From a virus, in IMG/VR virus record IMGVR_UViG_3300045988_134552, positions 1 through 31,948 of that record: DNA of 31,948 nucleotides. One strand, given 5' to 3'. Position 1 is the stretch's first letter. The number at the start of each line of letters is the position of its first letter. This document shows positions 23,087 through 31,948 of the stretch, piece by piece. The notes under the pieces were generated by a model. The model saw only the letters and a list, made by a program, of their open reading frames with translations. It searched no databases and was not told the DNA's origin. The position numbers and the translations under genes were made by a program.

Positions 23087-25693
23087 GTGGCTGTCACGTA
23101 CAAAGGTCTGACTATCAAGTTCGGCGGAGATACGACCGAGTTGCAAGGCGCGTTGAAGAGCGTGCAGAGCACGGCGAAGGATACACAGGGGGCGTTGAAG
23201 GACATCAATCGCGCCCTGAAATTCGACCCCGGTAACACGGATTTGCTCGTTGAGAAGGAAAAGCTTCTGAACCGAGCGTACGGCGAGACGAAAGCGAAGC
23301 TCGATGCCTACAAGGCTGCGCTTGCGACGCTCGACGAGAAGAAGCGCAGCGGCGCTGCACTTACCGAGCGCGAGGAAGCGCAGTATTCTAGTCTCAAGGC
23401 GCAAATAGCCATTTGCGAAAACCAGCTTGAGAGCTATTCGGACGATCTTAAGAGCGTCAGCCGCGAAGCCCAGGCATCGAAGAGTAGCCTTTACCAGTTC
23501 GGGCAGACAATCCAAGACAACAGCGACAAGCTGGAGAAGGCCGGCAAGGGTCTTGAGGCTGCCGGAAAGACGATCACCGGTGCCGTCACCGGCACTGCCA
23601 CCGCACTTGTCGGGCTTGCCAGCAGCCAAGAAGAGCAGATCGAGCAGACGCACCAGCTGGACGCCGCCTGGAAGGATGCAGGCGGAACGTCCGAGCAGGC
23701 GCGAAACTCCTATACGCTCTTCTACAAACTGCTTGGAGAAGAGGACACCGCGACCGAGGCCGCGCAGAACCTGTCCCGTCTGACCACCAACCAGCAGGAG
23801 CTGGACAAGTGGAACAACATCGCCGCAGGCTCGTTCTCCAAGTTCGGCGATGCCCTGCCGCTCGAAAATCTCGTGGAAGCATCGCAGGAGACGGCACATA
23901 CCGGCACCGTCACCGGCGGTCTTTCCGATGCCCTCAACTGGGCAACGGCGAGCAACGAGCAGTGGAGCGCCGCGCTCTCCGGCAACCAGGCGGCACAGCA
24001 GGCTTTCAATGACCAGATCGCGCAGGGCGCTACCAAAGAGGACGCTTTCAACGCCGCCCTTGCCGCCTGCGGTGACGAGCAGGAGCGATCTTCGCTCATC
24101 ACCCAAACGCTCGATGGGCTTTACGGCAACATCGGCGAGACGTACCAGGAGACGAACAAAACGATGCTCGACACGCGCGAAGCGCAGGCCGAGTTAAACC
24201 AGAAGATGGCAGAAGCCGGCGAAGCCGCCATGCCCTTCAAGGAGAAGGCGCTCGAGCTTGGGACGACCTTGCTTGAGAAGGTAACGCCGGCGCTTGAGAG
24301 CGTTAGCGACTGGTATAAGTCTTTAACGCCCGAGCAGCAGGACATGGCAACCAACGTCGTGTTGGGGACGGTCGCGTTCGGCGGGCTCACAACCGGCATC
24401 GGCAAGACGCTCCAAAAGGGCGTCGAAATCGGGCAGACGTTCAAGGATGTTGCGGGCGGCTTCGCATCGCTCACCGGCAAGTTCGGCGAGGGCGGCGGCA
24501 CTATCAGCACTGCTGCAACAGGCTTCGGCAGCATCGCCAAGAAGGCTGGCGGACTGGCTACTACTCTTGGTGGCAAGCTCTCGACGGGATGGACATCGTT
24601 CACCGGATTGATTGCCGCAAATCCCATCTTGCTTGGCGTTGCAGCGGTTGCCGCCGCCGTCGCTGGCCTTACGTGGTTCTTCACGCAGACCGAGACGGGC
24701 AAGCAGCTCTGGTCTGATTTCACTGGCTGGATCTCGGAAAAATGGCAAGGCGTGCAGGATTTCTTTGCAGGCGTGCCGGATTTCTGGTCTGGTATTTGGG
24801 ACGGTATAACAGGCAAGGCAGAGGAGGTCAAAACCAGCCTTGGCGAGAAATTCGACGGGATAAGGCAAGGCGCGTCCGATGCTTGGGAAAATCTGAAATC
24901 CAACGCGTCCGATGCTTGGGAAAATCTGAAATCCAACGCGTCCGAAAAATTCGGTGCAATCAGGGATTCGATTCAAACAGATATGGAGACTGGCAAGGTT
25001 GTCGGTTCTTCGGCTTCAAACGCCCTCAAAGCCGCTATGAACGGAGATTGGGACGCGGCGAAGTCGCAAGCCGGTATCGCCTTTCAAGCCATCCAGAGCA
25101 ACATCCAAACGAAGATGGACAATGCGAAAACCAACGCGATAAACGCCGGAAACGCCATCGGCGAAAAGCTTGGGTTCCCCGGACTTGGAAGCAAGGTCGC
25201 TGGCGTTTTTGCCACGATCAAAAGCAACATCACTTCGCCGATCAACGATGCCTGGAACTTCGTGAGCGGCATCCCCGGCAAGATTCAGGGCGCATTCAGC
25301 GGAATCCGAATCAGCTTGCCGCATATCAATATGCCGCACTTCAGCGTCAGCTGGCGCGACATCGGCGGTGTTGTGAAATTGCCGTCCATCAGCGTCAATT
25401 GGTATGCAAAAGGCGCATCTTTCGATAAGCCTTCAATCATCGGCGTTGGCGAAGCAGGACTTGAGCACGTCACGCCCGATGCCAAGCTGCGCACAAGCGT
25501 CAGAGAGAGCGTCGAAGCGGGCATTTCTCGCGTGCTCGACCGCCTAAGCGGAGGCTTCGGTGGCGGTGCTCAGGTGAACGTGACCGTCAACGCGACTGTC
25601 GCGAACAATATGGACGCGTACGCGACAGGCCAGCAGATCGGCGCTGGGATTGCCAGCAGGTTAAAGCAGAAGGGAGTGCCCGTTGGAGCTTAA
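23087..25693 (+). CDS. Tape measure protein (868 aa).
   Basis: AAGAGGTGG RBS and GTG start. Long coiled-coil N-terminal part; Gly-rich TM-like central segment; position. Confidence 0.85.
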   Translation: MAVTYKGLTIKFGGDTTELQGALKSVQSTAKDTQGALKDINRALKFDPGNTDLLVEKEKLLNRAYGETKAKLDAYKAALATLDEKKRSGAALTEREEAQYSSLKAQIAICENQLESYSDDLKSVSREAQASKSSLYQFGQTIQDNSDKLEKAGKGLEAAGKTITGAVTGTATALVGLASSQEEQIEQTHQLDAAWKDAGGTSEQARNSYTLFYKLLGEEDTATEAAQNLSRLTTNQQELDKWNNIAAGSFSKFGDALPLENLVEASQETAHTGTVTGGLSDALNWATASNEQWSAALSGNQAAQQAFNDQIAQGATKEDAFNAALAACGDEQERSSLITQTLDGLYGNIGETYQETNKTMLDTREAQAELNQKMAEAGEAAMPFKEKALELGTTLLEKVTPALESVSDWYKSLTPEQQDMATNVVLGTVAFGGLTTGIGKTLQKGVEIGQTFKDVAGGFASLTGKFGEGGGTISTAATGFGSIAKKAGGLATTLGGKLSTGWTSFTGLIAANPILLGVAAVAAAVAGLTWFFTQTETGKQLWSDFTGWISEKWQGVQDFFAGVPDFWSGIWDGITGKAEEVKTSLGEKFDGIRQGASDAWENLKSNASDAWENLKSNASEKFGAIRDSIQTDMETGKVVGSSASNALKAAMNGDWDAAKSQAGIAFQAIQSNIQTKMDNAKTNAINAGNAIGEKLGFPGLGSKVAGVFATIKSNITSPINDAWNFVSGIPGKIQGAFSGIRISLPHINMPHFSVSWRDIGGVVKLPSISVNWYAKGASFDKPSIIGVGEAGLEHVTPDAKLRTSVRESVEAGISRVLDRLSGGFGGGAQVNVTVNATVANNMDAYATGQQIGAGIASRLKQKGVPVGA
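24872..24937 (+). repeat. Perfect 33-bp tandem duplication inside the tape measure gene (ASDAWENLKSN x2).
   Basis: GCGTCCGATGCTTGGGAAAATCTGAAATCCAAC occurs twice back to back. Confidence 0.9.
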
Positions 25694-26417
25694 GCGCAAG
25701 AGAAACCAAAGCGACAGAATCATGTTCAACGGGCACGACCTGTCGAAGTTCGTCTACTGCAAGGTGCGCCGCCCCATCATGGCTGACGTTTCAGCTAGCT
25801 TCGAGGACGCGCCCGGACGGCACGGAGAATACTTCAAGACCGTTCGCCGTGCCGGGTACGACCTACAGGTTGACATGTGGCTCCGCACCGAGCATCGGCG
25901 CGAGGTCGCAAAGGCGCGGCACGAGCTGGCGGCTCTGCTATGGTCTGACGAGCCTGCGCCGCTCTATCTGCCCGATGACCCAACAAGGTATTTGATGGCG
26001 ATCGTTAGCGGCGCAACCGACCTTGACGAGATCACCGACGATTGCCCGCAGGCAACCGTGACGTTCCATATCGGCGACCCCGACTATTACGGCCAGCATC
26101 GCCGTATGGACGTGAATGGTACGGCAACGTTCGCTGTCGGCGGCACGCTGCCAGCCGCGTTAACCGTGACGGCCAAGCCCGGGGCTTGCAGCTCTTGGCG
26201 CATCACCAACACCGACACAGCCGAGTTCGTGGAGGTGGTGCAGCCGCTGACGTCTTCGAGTGTCGTTCGCATGGACTTCGACAAGGAGCACGTCACGGTC
26301 AACGGCTCCGTTGCCCAGCTCAATATCATGAGCGACTTTTTCACGGTCAAAGACCGTGCGCATATCAAGATTTCTAGCGGCACCGCGACGTTGGAATGGG
26401 AGGAAAGATGGCTTTAG
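25683..26417 (+). CDS. Distal tail protein (Dit-like).
   Basis: Position right after the TMP; ~240 aa. Start uncertain (TTG 25683 with AAGGGAG RBS, or ATG 25722). Confidence 0.6.
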   Translation: MELKRKRNQSDRIMFNGHDLSKFVYCKVRRPIMADVSASFEDAPGRHGEYFKTVRRAGYDLQVDMWLRTEHRREVAKARHELAALLWSDEPAPLYLPDDPTRYLMAIVSGATDLDEITDDCPQATVTFHIGDPDYYGQHRRMDVNGTATFAVGGTLPAALTVTAKPGACSSWRITNTDTAEFVEVVQPLTSSSVVRMDFDKEHVTVNGSVAQLNIMSDFFTVKDRAHIKISSGTATLEWEERWL

Positions 26418-29245
26418 TCAACAAGGTCAACTTTACCCGTTTCAGCCGATGGGGCGTTAACCTTGGGCGGCTCACGTATACCGCTGCAACCCATGAGGAC
26501 GCGACGGACGGCACCGACGAGCTTAAGATCAGGTGCGACGAGGATTTAGGCAAGGGGGAGCGCCTTGTTTGGGTTGACCGCCAAGGCGTCGTACACGAGC
26601 ACATTGTCGACGAAATCGAGCGGCTGCACGATGACAGCGGCAAGCCATATACAAGCGTAACTTGCATCAACTCAATCAACGAGACGTGGGATGACTACAT
26701 CGAGGACAAGCGACCGTCCGGCAGCGTGGCGGTGGCGCTCACGTCAATACTCGCGGGCACGCGCTGGGAGGTTGGCAACTGCGACCAACCAGGCAGCGCT
26801 TCGCACACCTTCTATCACATCAAAGTTCGCGAGGGCTTGAGCGACCTACTCAAGATATGGGGCGGCGAGCTGGAAACCGTCATCGAGACAGACGGCGTGA
26901 GGGTCACGCATCGCTACGTGCGCGTGGTCGCTACGCGCGGCAACCAGCAAAGCCCGAAACGCTTCACGTGGACTAAAGACCTCATAAGCATCAAGCGCAA
27001 GACCGGCAGCGCGAACCCTAAGACGAGGGTTTACGGTTACGGAAAAGGCGTTGAGACGGACGGCGGCGGCTATGGCCGACGCTTGACTTTCGGCGATATA
27101 AACGGCGGCAAGGATTACGTCGAGGATGCCGACGCGACAGAAGTTTGGGGACATCCCGACGGCAACGGCGGCATCGCGCCTGCGGTGGACGTTTACGTTA
27201 ACGAGCAATGCGAGGACGCGGCTCAACTTCTTGCCGAGACGAACGATTACCTTGAGCAAGCCAAAACGCCGACCGTCTCTTATGAAGCAAGCGTGATTGA
27301 CCTGTTTGCTTTCGGTCGGGATTGGGAGGGCGTTGCCGTCGGCGATCGCGTCGCGATCATCGACAAGGGCTTTTCCGATGCCGGAATCAGAATCAAAGGC
27401 CGCGTCTCGAAGCTTTGCCGCGACCTTGTGACCGGAGATGCAACGGTGGTGTTCGGCAACCTGACCGATGACCTCGCAGACATCTTCCAGTCGATGGCTC
27501 AGCAGCTAAAGAGCGGAAGCAACCAGCGTGCGAATTACGACGCGGCGGCTTCCACGTCCGTCTCGTGGCTCAACCAGCTCATGGCGGCGCTCAACAAGGC
27601 GTTTAACGCCGTCGGCACGTACAAGGTCGAGACGTTCGAGCTGGGAACCATCTATTCGAACGTTCCGCTCGATGCAGCAACGGGCGTTCCGCTCAAGGCA
27701 ACGTCAGGCATGTGGGCTGTGAACATCAACGGCATGGGCATCCGCCTTGCCGCATCGCTCACAAGCGACGGTCAATGGAATTGGCGCACCTTCATTACCG
27801 GCGCACAGGTGAGCGCCGATTGCATCAACGCCGGCACGATGCGAGCAGACCGCATCCGCGCGGGCTTGCTCACCGACGAGGTTGGGAAGAACTTCTGGGA
27901 CATGACGACCGGAGAGTTTAGCTTGTCTGCCGGAACGACCATAGACAACAAGCAGATAGCCACGACGGACGCCGTAATCTCGTCCCGCGTCAAGCTGTAC
28001 GCGAAGAACATGAGCGACACGGTTCCGCCAATCAACGCGCAGAACCCTGAGCTTGGATGGTCTGAGACATTGCCGGAATGGAGCAACGGTTGTTACATCT
28101 GGTCTATGGAGCGGGTGACGTTCGGTGACGGCTCCGTGCGCTATACGACACCTGTGCTCGAGAGCGCCTACAACAAGGCATACCAGAGCTCTTACGATTT
28201 AACCGAATCGCTAACCGATCTTGACGGCACCGTGCAGGATTTGGCTAAAGACGGAGTGGTGACGACGGCTGAAGCGGCGGCGGTTAAGAAGGCGATGCAG
28301 GCCGTCGATAAGGAACGCGAAGAGCTCACGAATCAGTACAACTCGCTTAAATCCAACAAGTCGCTCAACCCACAGTTCATCGCGAAGATACTCACGCCGA
28401 AATACACGGCAGCATTCGGGTCTACCGAGGAAGGCGGCGCATACAGCGATTACGCCGAGAAGGTGAACGCCGTACTTGGATGCAAGACGGCTGACACGCT
28501 CAAGGCGGCAATGTATGAGTACGATGCTTCGTACGGCGCGTATTCGTCAGCAGTGAAGAACTACGCTTCGGCGGCGCAGGCAGCACAGCATGCCATCGAG
28601 CAACAAGACGCTTCCGACTATGCGGACGGCATCCTCAGCAACTACGACGAGCAGCTGACCCAGAAGAAGATCTTCGACCGCCTGACGAGCAACGGCGCGG
28701 CTCAGGGTATCTTCCTCGAGAACGGCAAGGTCTATATCAACGCGACATACATGTCTGCCGGAATCATCGCCGATGCCAAAGGCCGCAATTCCTGGAATCT
28801 CAAGACCGGCGAGCTCGTGACAAATTACATGAGCGCGAACGACATCACCGCCAAGGGCACGTTTCGCTGCGGATACGACAGCTACTACACGCTACTCAAC
28901 AACATGGGTCAGATGTCGGGATTCCGTAAGAAATCCGGCGCGTCAAGTGCCTCGCAGGTCGGTTACATCGACTTTTCTTCATCAATGAAAGATTTATCTG
29001 ACAACAAGGTTCTATACGGGCTTCAGATGCAGGCCGAAGGAAGTCTTAGGATTTCCGTTCCGAAGATCTCGGTGTCTAACTCGGCAAGTACGAGCGTAAC
29101 CACAACCAACGCCATTACATCCAACGTGACCATGAAGTACATCAGCAAGATACAGGACAACGGCAATGGATCAATCACCTGGTGGACATCGACGAGGAAC
29201 ATCGATTTCGTAAATGGAATCTGCACACTTTGCAATTTTGATTAG
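26396..29245 (+). CDS. Tail-associated lysin / baseplate hub-like protein (Tal, 949 aa) with an extended C-terminal fibre-like region.
   Basis: Position after Dit; size; an N-terminal ~380 aa typical of prophage-tail endopeptidase-like Tal proteins, then coiled-coil and beta-rich segments. Confidence 0.65.
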   Translation: MGGKMALVNKVNFTRFSRWGVNLGRLTYTAATHEDATDGTDELKIRCDEDLGKGERLVWVDRQGVVHEHIVDEIERLHDDSGKPYTSVTCINSINETWDDYIEDKRPSGSVAVALTSILAGTRWEVGNCDQPGSASHTFYHIKVREGLSDLLKIWGGELETVIETDGVRVTHRYVRVVATRGNQQSPKRFTWTKDLISIKRKTGSANPKTRVYGYGKGVETDGGGYGRRLTFGDINGGKDYVEDADATEVWGHPDGNGGIAPAVDVYVNEQCEDAAQLLAETNDYLEQAKTPTVSYEASVIDLFAFGRDWEGVAVGDRVAIIDKGFSDAGIRIKGRVSKLCRDLVTGDATVVFGNLTDDLADIFQSMAQQLKSGSNQRANYDAAASTSVSWLNQLMAALNKAFNAVGTYKVETFELGTIYSNVPLDAATGVPLKATSGMWAVNINGMGIRLAASLTSDGQWNWRTFITGAQVSADCINAGTMRADRIRAGLLTDEVGKNFWDMTTGEFSLSAGTTIDNKQIATTDAVISSRVKLYAKNMSDTVPPINAQNPELGWSETLPEWSNGCYIWSMERVTFGDGSVRYTTPVLESAYNKAYQSSYDLTESLTDLDGTVQDLAKDGVVTTAEAAAVKKAMQAVDKEREELTNQYNSLKSNKSLNPQFIAKILTPKYTAAFGSTEEGGAYSDYAEKVNAVLGCKTADTLKAAMYEYDASYGAYSSAVKNYASAAQAAQHAIEQQDASDYADGILSNYDEQLTQKKIFDRLTSNGAAQGIFLENGKVYINATYMSAGIIADAKGRNSWNLKTGELVTNYMSANDITAKGTFRCGYDSYYTLLNNMGQMSGFRKKSGASSASQVGYIDFSSSMKDLSDNKVLYGLQMQAEGSLRISVPKISVSNSASTSVTTTNAITSNVTMKYISKIQDNGNGSITWWTSTRNIDFVNGICTLCNFD

Positions 29246-29253
29246 GAGGTCAT

Positions 29254-29649
29254 ATGGCACAGATCACACATTACATGGTGCATGATCCGGTTGGTAACAC
29301 CGAGAGCTATCTGACGGAGTTCGACGCCGAGTTCATTGCACGCGCGGCAGCGGCAAACATCATCTTCATTGCCGTCTACGATGACGGCACGCGTGAGGTT
29401 GTTGACAGCAAGGACGTGGTTAAGCCGAAATCCGCCGACGAGCCGTTCACGCTCGTGACTCCGGTATACGTTGATGACCGAACCGATGCCACGGTTGCAT
29501 GCTTTGATGCCCTGGCTGCAATCGTCAACCCTTCAGTCGCGGTGGCAGCAGAAGACTGTGACACCGAAGCGCAGGCAGATCCGGTTCAGGCTTTCATGGC
29601 GGCGCTTGAGAAGCTGCGAGCGCTAAAGTCTGGCGGCGATACGCAATGA
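29254..29649 (+). CDS. Hypothetical tail-module protein.
   Basis: AGGAGG RBS 6 nt upstream of ATG 29254. Confidence 0.55.
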   Translation: MAQITHYMVHDPVGNTESYLTEFDAEFIARAAAANIIFIAVYDDGTREVVDSKDVVKPKSADEPFTLVTPVYVDDRTDATVACFDALAAIVNPSVAVAAEDCDTEAQADPVQAFMAALEKLRALKSGGDTQ

Positions 29650-30446
29650 ACACGCAGACAATCGAGCTTGACGTGAACAAGCGCGCATGCGGCAACAACT
29701 GCATTCGAATTGCGCAAGGCGAGGGCGGCGGAACAACAATCAAGGCGCTTATCTATGACAACGGCGGCGAGCTGTCTTTGTCTGGGTACAGTGCCTATTT
29801 GGTTGCTCGATTGCCCGATCGAATCCACTATTACCGTGGCAGCGCCACGGTCAGCGGCAATACGATTACCTACGTTTGCGATGAATCCAAGCTCGCAAGC
29901 GTTCCCGGCTACACCGACGAAGCGTATTTCGAAATCGTCAAGGACGATTTCCTTGCACAGACGGAGCGATTCGCACTGGACATCCTGCGCAGCGCCAAAG
30001 AGGGTCAGCAACCCGCGCAGTCTTGGGACAACGCGATTGATGACCTTATCAGGCGTGGAGAAACCGCCGTCACCAAGGGCGAACAGGCCGTCACTGACGC
30101 TGGCAAGGCGCTGAATAACGCCAACGCTGCGGTGAACATCTGCAAGAGCGCCACGGACGCAGCCAACACCGCGACGAGCAAGGCGAACGCCGCGACAAAG
30201 AGCGCCACAGATGCCGCTTCTGCTGCGAATACAGCCAAGGCGAACGCCGACACCGCAACCAATGCGGCGAACGCCGCGACAAACGCGGCTAACGCATCCA
30301 AGGACAGCGCGGATCAGGCGGCAGCGGACGCTCGTAAGGCCGCTGAGGAAGCTCGCGGCTCGATCAGCCCTGACAAGCGCATCTATCTCGCCTACGACAC
30401 CGTTGGCGATACGGATTACATAACACTAGTCGATACGGAGGATTAG
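29646..30446 (+). CDS. Putative baseplate/fibre protein (possibly BppU-N-like) with a C-terminal Ala/Asn/Thr-rich low-complexity segment.
   Basis: ATGA overlap with the upstream gene. Low-complexity region ...NANAAVNICKSATDAANTATSKANAATKSATDAASAANTAKANADTATNAANAATNAANAS..., with partial DNA-level repeats. Confidence 0.5.
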   Translation: MNTQTIELDVNKRACGNNCIRIAQGEGGGTTIKALIYDNGGELSLSGYSAYLVARLPDRIHYYRGSATVSGNTITYVCDESKLASVPGYTDEAYFEIVKDDFLAQTERFALDILRSAKEGQQPAQSWDNAIDDLIRRGETAVTKGEQAVTDAGKALNNANAAVNICKSATDAANTATSKANAATKSATDAASAANTAKANADTATNAANAATNAANASKDSADQAAADARKAAEEARGSISPDKRIYLAYDTVGDTDYITLVDTED

Positions 30447-30448
30447 GC

Positions 30449-31948
30449 ATGAGCAAGACGCACATCGCCGATCACGAAACGCTCGAGCGCGTCGCAATCG
30501 CGCTCGAATCCATGGGGGCTTCAACAGTCCCCATTTTTAATGACGAGACTGGACGTTATACGAATGCAAGCATCACTGCATGGCTCGCGAAGATGCGCGA
30601 CGGCAAGAACTACGGCGTTAGTATCCCAAAGGGGAGTGCCACGGCCTGCACCAAGACCGGAGCAAACGCCGGAATCGCGAATCCTAAGCCCGGCGTAATC
30701 GGTCGCGCGGCAATCGACCCGTACGTTAACCACGGCGCGTTCACCTTCTTCGAGGTGAACGGCGGCGTTGATGCGGACGGAACGCCTTATGTCACCGCAA
30801 TCGACGGTGACGGGCGCTTCTCGCGCAAGGACGACACGTGGATCATGACGCCCGTTCTCTACACGCTTGAAACCGAGACGGACGATGCCGTAAACCTCAC
30901 CGTCTCGGACACACGCCAGCCGGGCATGAAGCGGCAGCCCGCCGCACTGCTGCCGAACGGTGCGCAGCGTCCTTATATGTTGTATGCAAAGTATGCACTG
31001 TCGGTCGATGCCGAAGGCAAGCCGCGAAGCGTGAGCGGCGCGCAGGTGAAGCGCTTCGTAAGCCACGATACCGGCGTCTCGCTCATGAAAACGGCAACGA
31101 AGGGTGATTCATTCAAAACTGCCGCCGATGACTGGTATGTCAAGGTCATGTTCCTCTTGAAGTATGCCACCAAGAACAGCCAGAGCGTGTTCGCGGGCTG
31201 CACGGGATACGACGTACAGATGATCCCGACCGTGGCAGAGAGCAACACCACGCGCGTCGTGGTCGCGAAGGAGAAGGCCGATCAGATTCTTATCGGCTCT
31301 TCGATGATTCTGGGAACACATACGGGCACGTCGAACGACCGTGGCAATGGCTACAACTATGACGTGTTCGATGCCGCGACCGTTATCAAGAAGGTCGATA
31401 TCGACGCATCGAACACAGCCATATACTTCGACGTCGCGAAGCCGTTCACGACTGCCACCACATACCTTTTGAGCACCGTCCCGTGGAGGGCTGGCGCTTG
31501 CGATGCGGTTGAGGGCGACGGATCGCCGACGAGCTGCACGGACGGAAAGCAGCCCTTTGTCGTTCAGGGTATCGAGCTCGGCCTTGGAATGCTTGAGGTT
31601 CTTGGAAACGTCCTAATCCAGTACACAGGTACTGGCGCGGTCGTTTACGTGAACCCGGACACTAAGAACGAGAAGGCCGGCAGCTCACCGGACAGCGCGC
31701 TGTCTGCCGGGGCTTTTCCCGGACAAGCAGCTGAGGGATGGAATTACGCTCTTTACTGCAAGACGGTCAACGGCCTGATGATTCAGCAGGGAACGGGTGC
31801 GTCGACTTCAGTTGGCATCTGCGACGGCAACTACAAGGTCGCTGACACTACCGTCGGTTGGAGAGAGTGGCCTTCTCTCGGCCGCTTGGGGAACTGGGCT
31901 AACGGCGGTCTTTGGTTCGTTAACGGCTACAACGGCACCGGCAACGCC
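30449..31948 (+). CDS. DGR target gene (N-terminal ~500 codons). Putative receptor-binding/tail-fibre protein with a C-terminal C-type lectin-fold VR. Continues to the stop at 135-137 after the circular junction; ~519 aa in total.
   Basis: ATG 30449 directly after the upstream stop. The frame was verified open to the window end. Last gene of the tail module. VR copy at 31873-31948. Confidence 0.75.
   Translation, partial: MSKTHIADHETLERVAIALESMGASTVPIFNDETGRYTNASITAWLAKMRDGKNYGVSIPKGSATACTKTGANAGIANPKPGVIGRAAIDPYVNHGAFTFFEVNGGVDADGTPYVTAIDGDGRFSRKDDTWIMTPVLYTLETETDDAVNLTVSDTRQPGMKRQPAALLPNGAQRPYMLYAKYALSVDAEGKPRSVSGAQVKRFVSHDTGVSLMKTATKGDSFKTAADDWYVKVMFLLKYATKNSQSVFAGCTGYDVQMIPTVAESNTTRVVVAKEKADQILIGSSMILGTHTGTSNDRGNGYNYDVFDAATVIKKVDIDASNTAIYFDVAKPFTTATTYLLSTVPWRAGACDAVEGDGSPTSCTDGKQPFVVQGIELGLGMLEVLGNVLIQYTGTGAVVYVNPDTKNEKAGSSPDSALSAGAFPGQAAEGWNYALYCKTVNGLMIQQGTGASTSVGICDGNYKVADTTVGWREWPSLGRLGNWANGGLWFVNGYNGTGNA

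Noticed and set aside
22724-24106. 460-aa minus-strand ORF (and similar long minus-strand ORFs at 17533-18582, 16762-17475, 24121-24936, 11342-12079, 19006-19737)
   Set aside because: They are antisense to well-supported structural or integrase genes in ~60% GC DNA. They are Arg/Ala/Ser-rich and low-complexity, lack an RBS, and break the co-linear + strand operon. They are shadow ORFs.
23427-24197. Alternative-frame + ORFs inside the tape measure gene (23427-23783, 23850-24197)
   Set aside because: Arg/Pro/Ser-rich off-frame translations of a GC-rich coding region; no starts with an RBS.
31873-31948. A second, independent VR/target at the window end
   Set aside because: It is identical to 2-77 at every variable position, and the overlap is exactly 77 bp. 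This is the same locus seen twice across a circular junction, not a second target.

Overview
The window appears to be a complete, terminally redundant phage genome. Bases 1-77 are identical to 31872-31948, so the molecule is probably circular with a unit length of about 31,871 bp. The phage is a temperate siphovirus-like virus of a high-GC Gram-positive host (possibly Actinomycetota, given an actinobacterial-type mIHF; host assignment is low confidence). Gene order on the + strand runs from the C-terminal end of a receptor-binding-like protein carrying a DGR variable repeat (1-137), through the template repeat (212-309) and a YADD reverse transcriptase (491-1669). Next is a lysis cassette: an XkdX-like small protein, a holin, a signal-anchored C39-like peptidase and a GH25 + 3xCW_7 endolysin. 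A convergent minus-strand pair follows: a ribbon-helix-helix protein and a large serine recombinase whose catalytic N-terminus is replaced by an XRE helix-turn-helix. An AT-rich switch region with a tandem 65-bp operator/promoter repeat and a cro-like gene comes next. Early genes include a DUF4373 replisome-organizer domain, an iteron-rich putative origin, DUF3310, Cys-rich small proteins, an intact tyrosine integrase, a phage-encoded mIHF, SSB, dUTPase and an ArpU-like late regulator. The packaging-to-tail module has HNH, P27-type small and large terminase, HK97-type portal, protease and capsid, connectors, a phi13-type major tail protein, a chaperone with a putative frameshift, tape measure, Dit and Tal, and two further tail proteins. 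The DGR target gene (30449 to end) wraps to the stop codon at 135-137. The most notable element is an apparently complete diversity-generating retroelement with a clear adenine-specific TR/VR mismatch pattern. Second is the HTH::serine-recombinase fusion beside an apparently intact tyrosine integrase and its own IHF. No rRNA, tRNA or CRISPR array was seen. Long minus-strand ORFs across the structural module are high-GC shadow ORFs.
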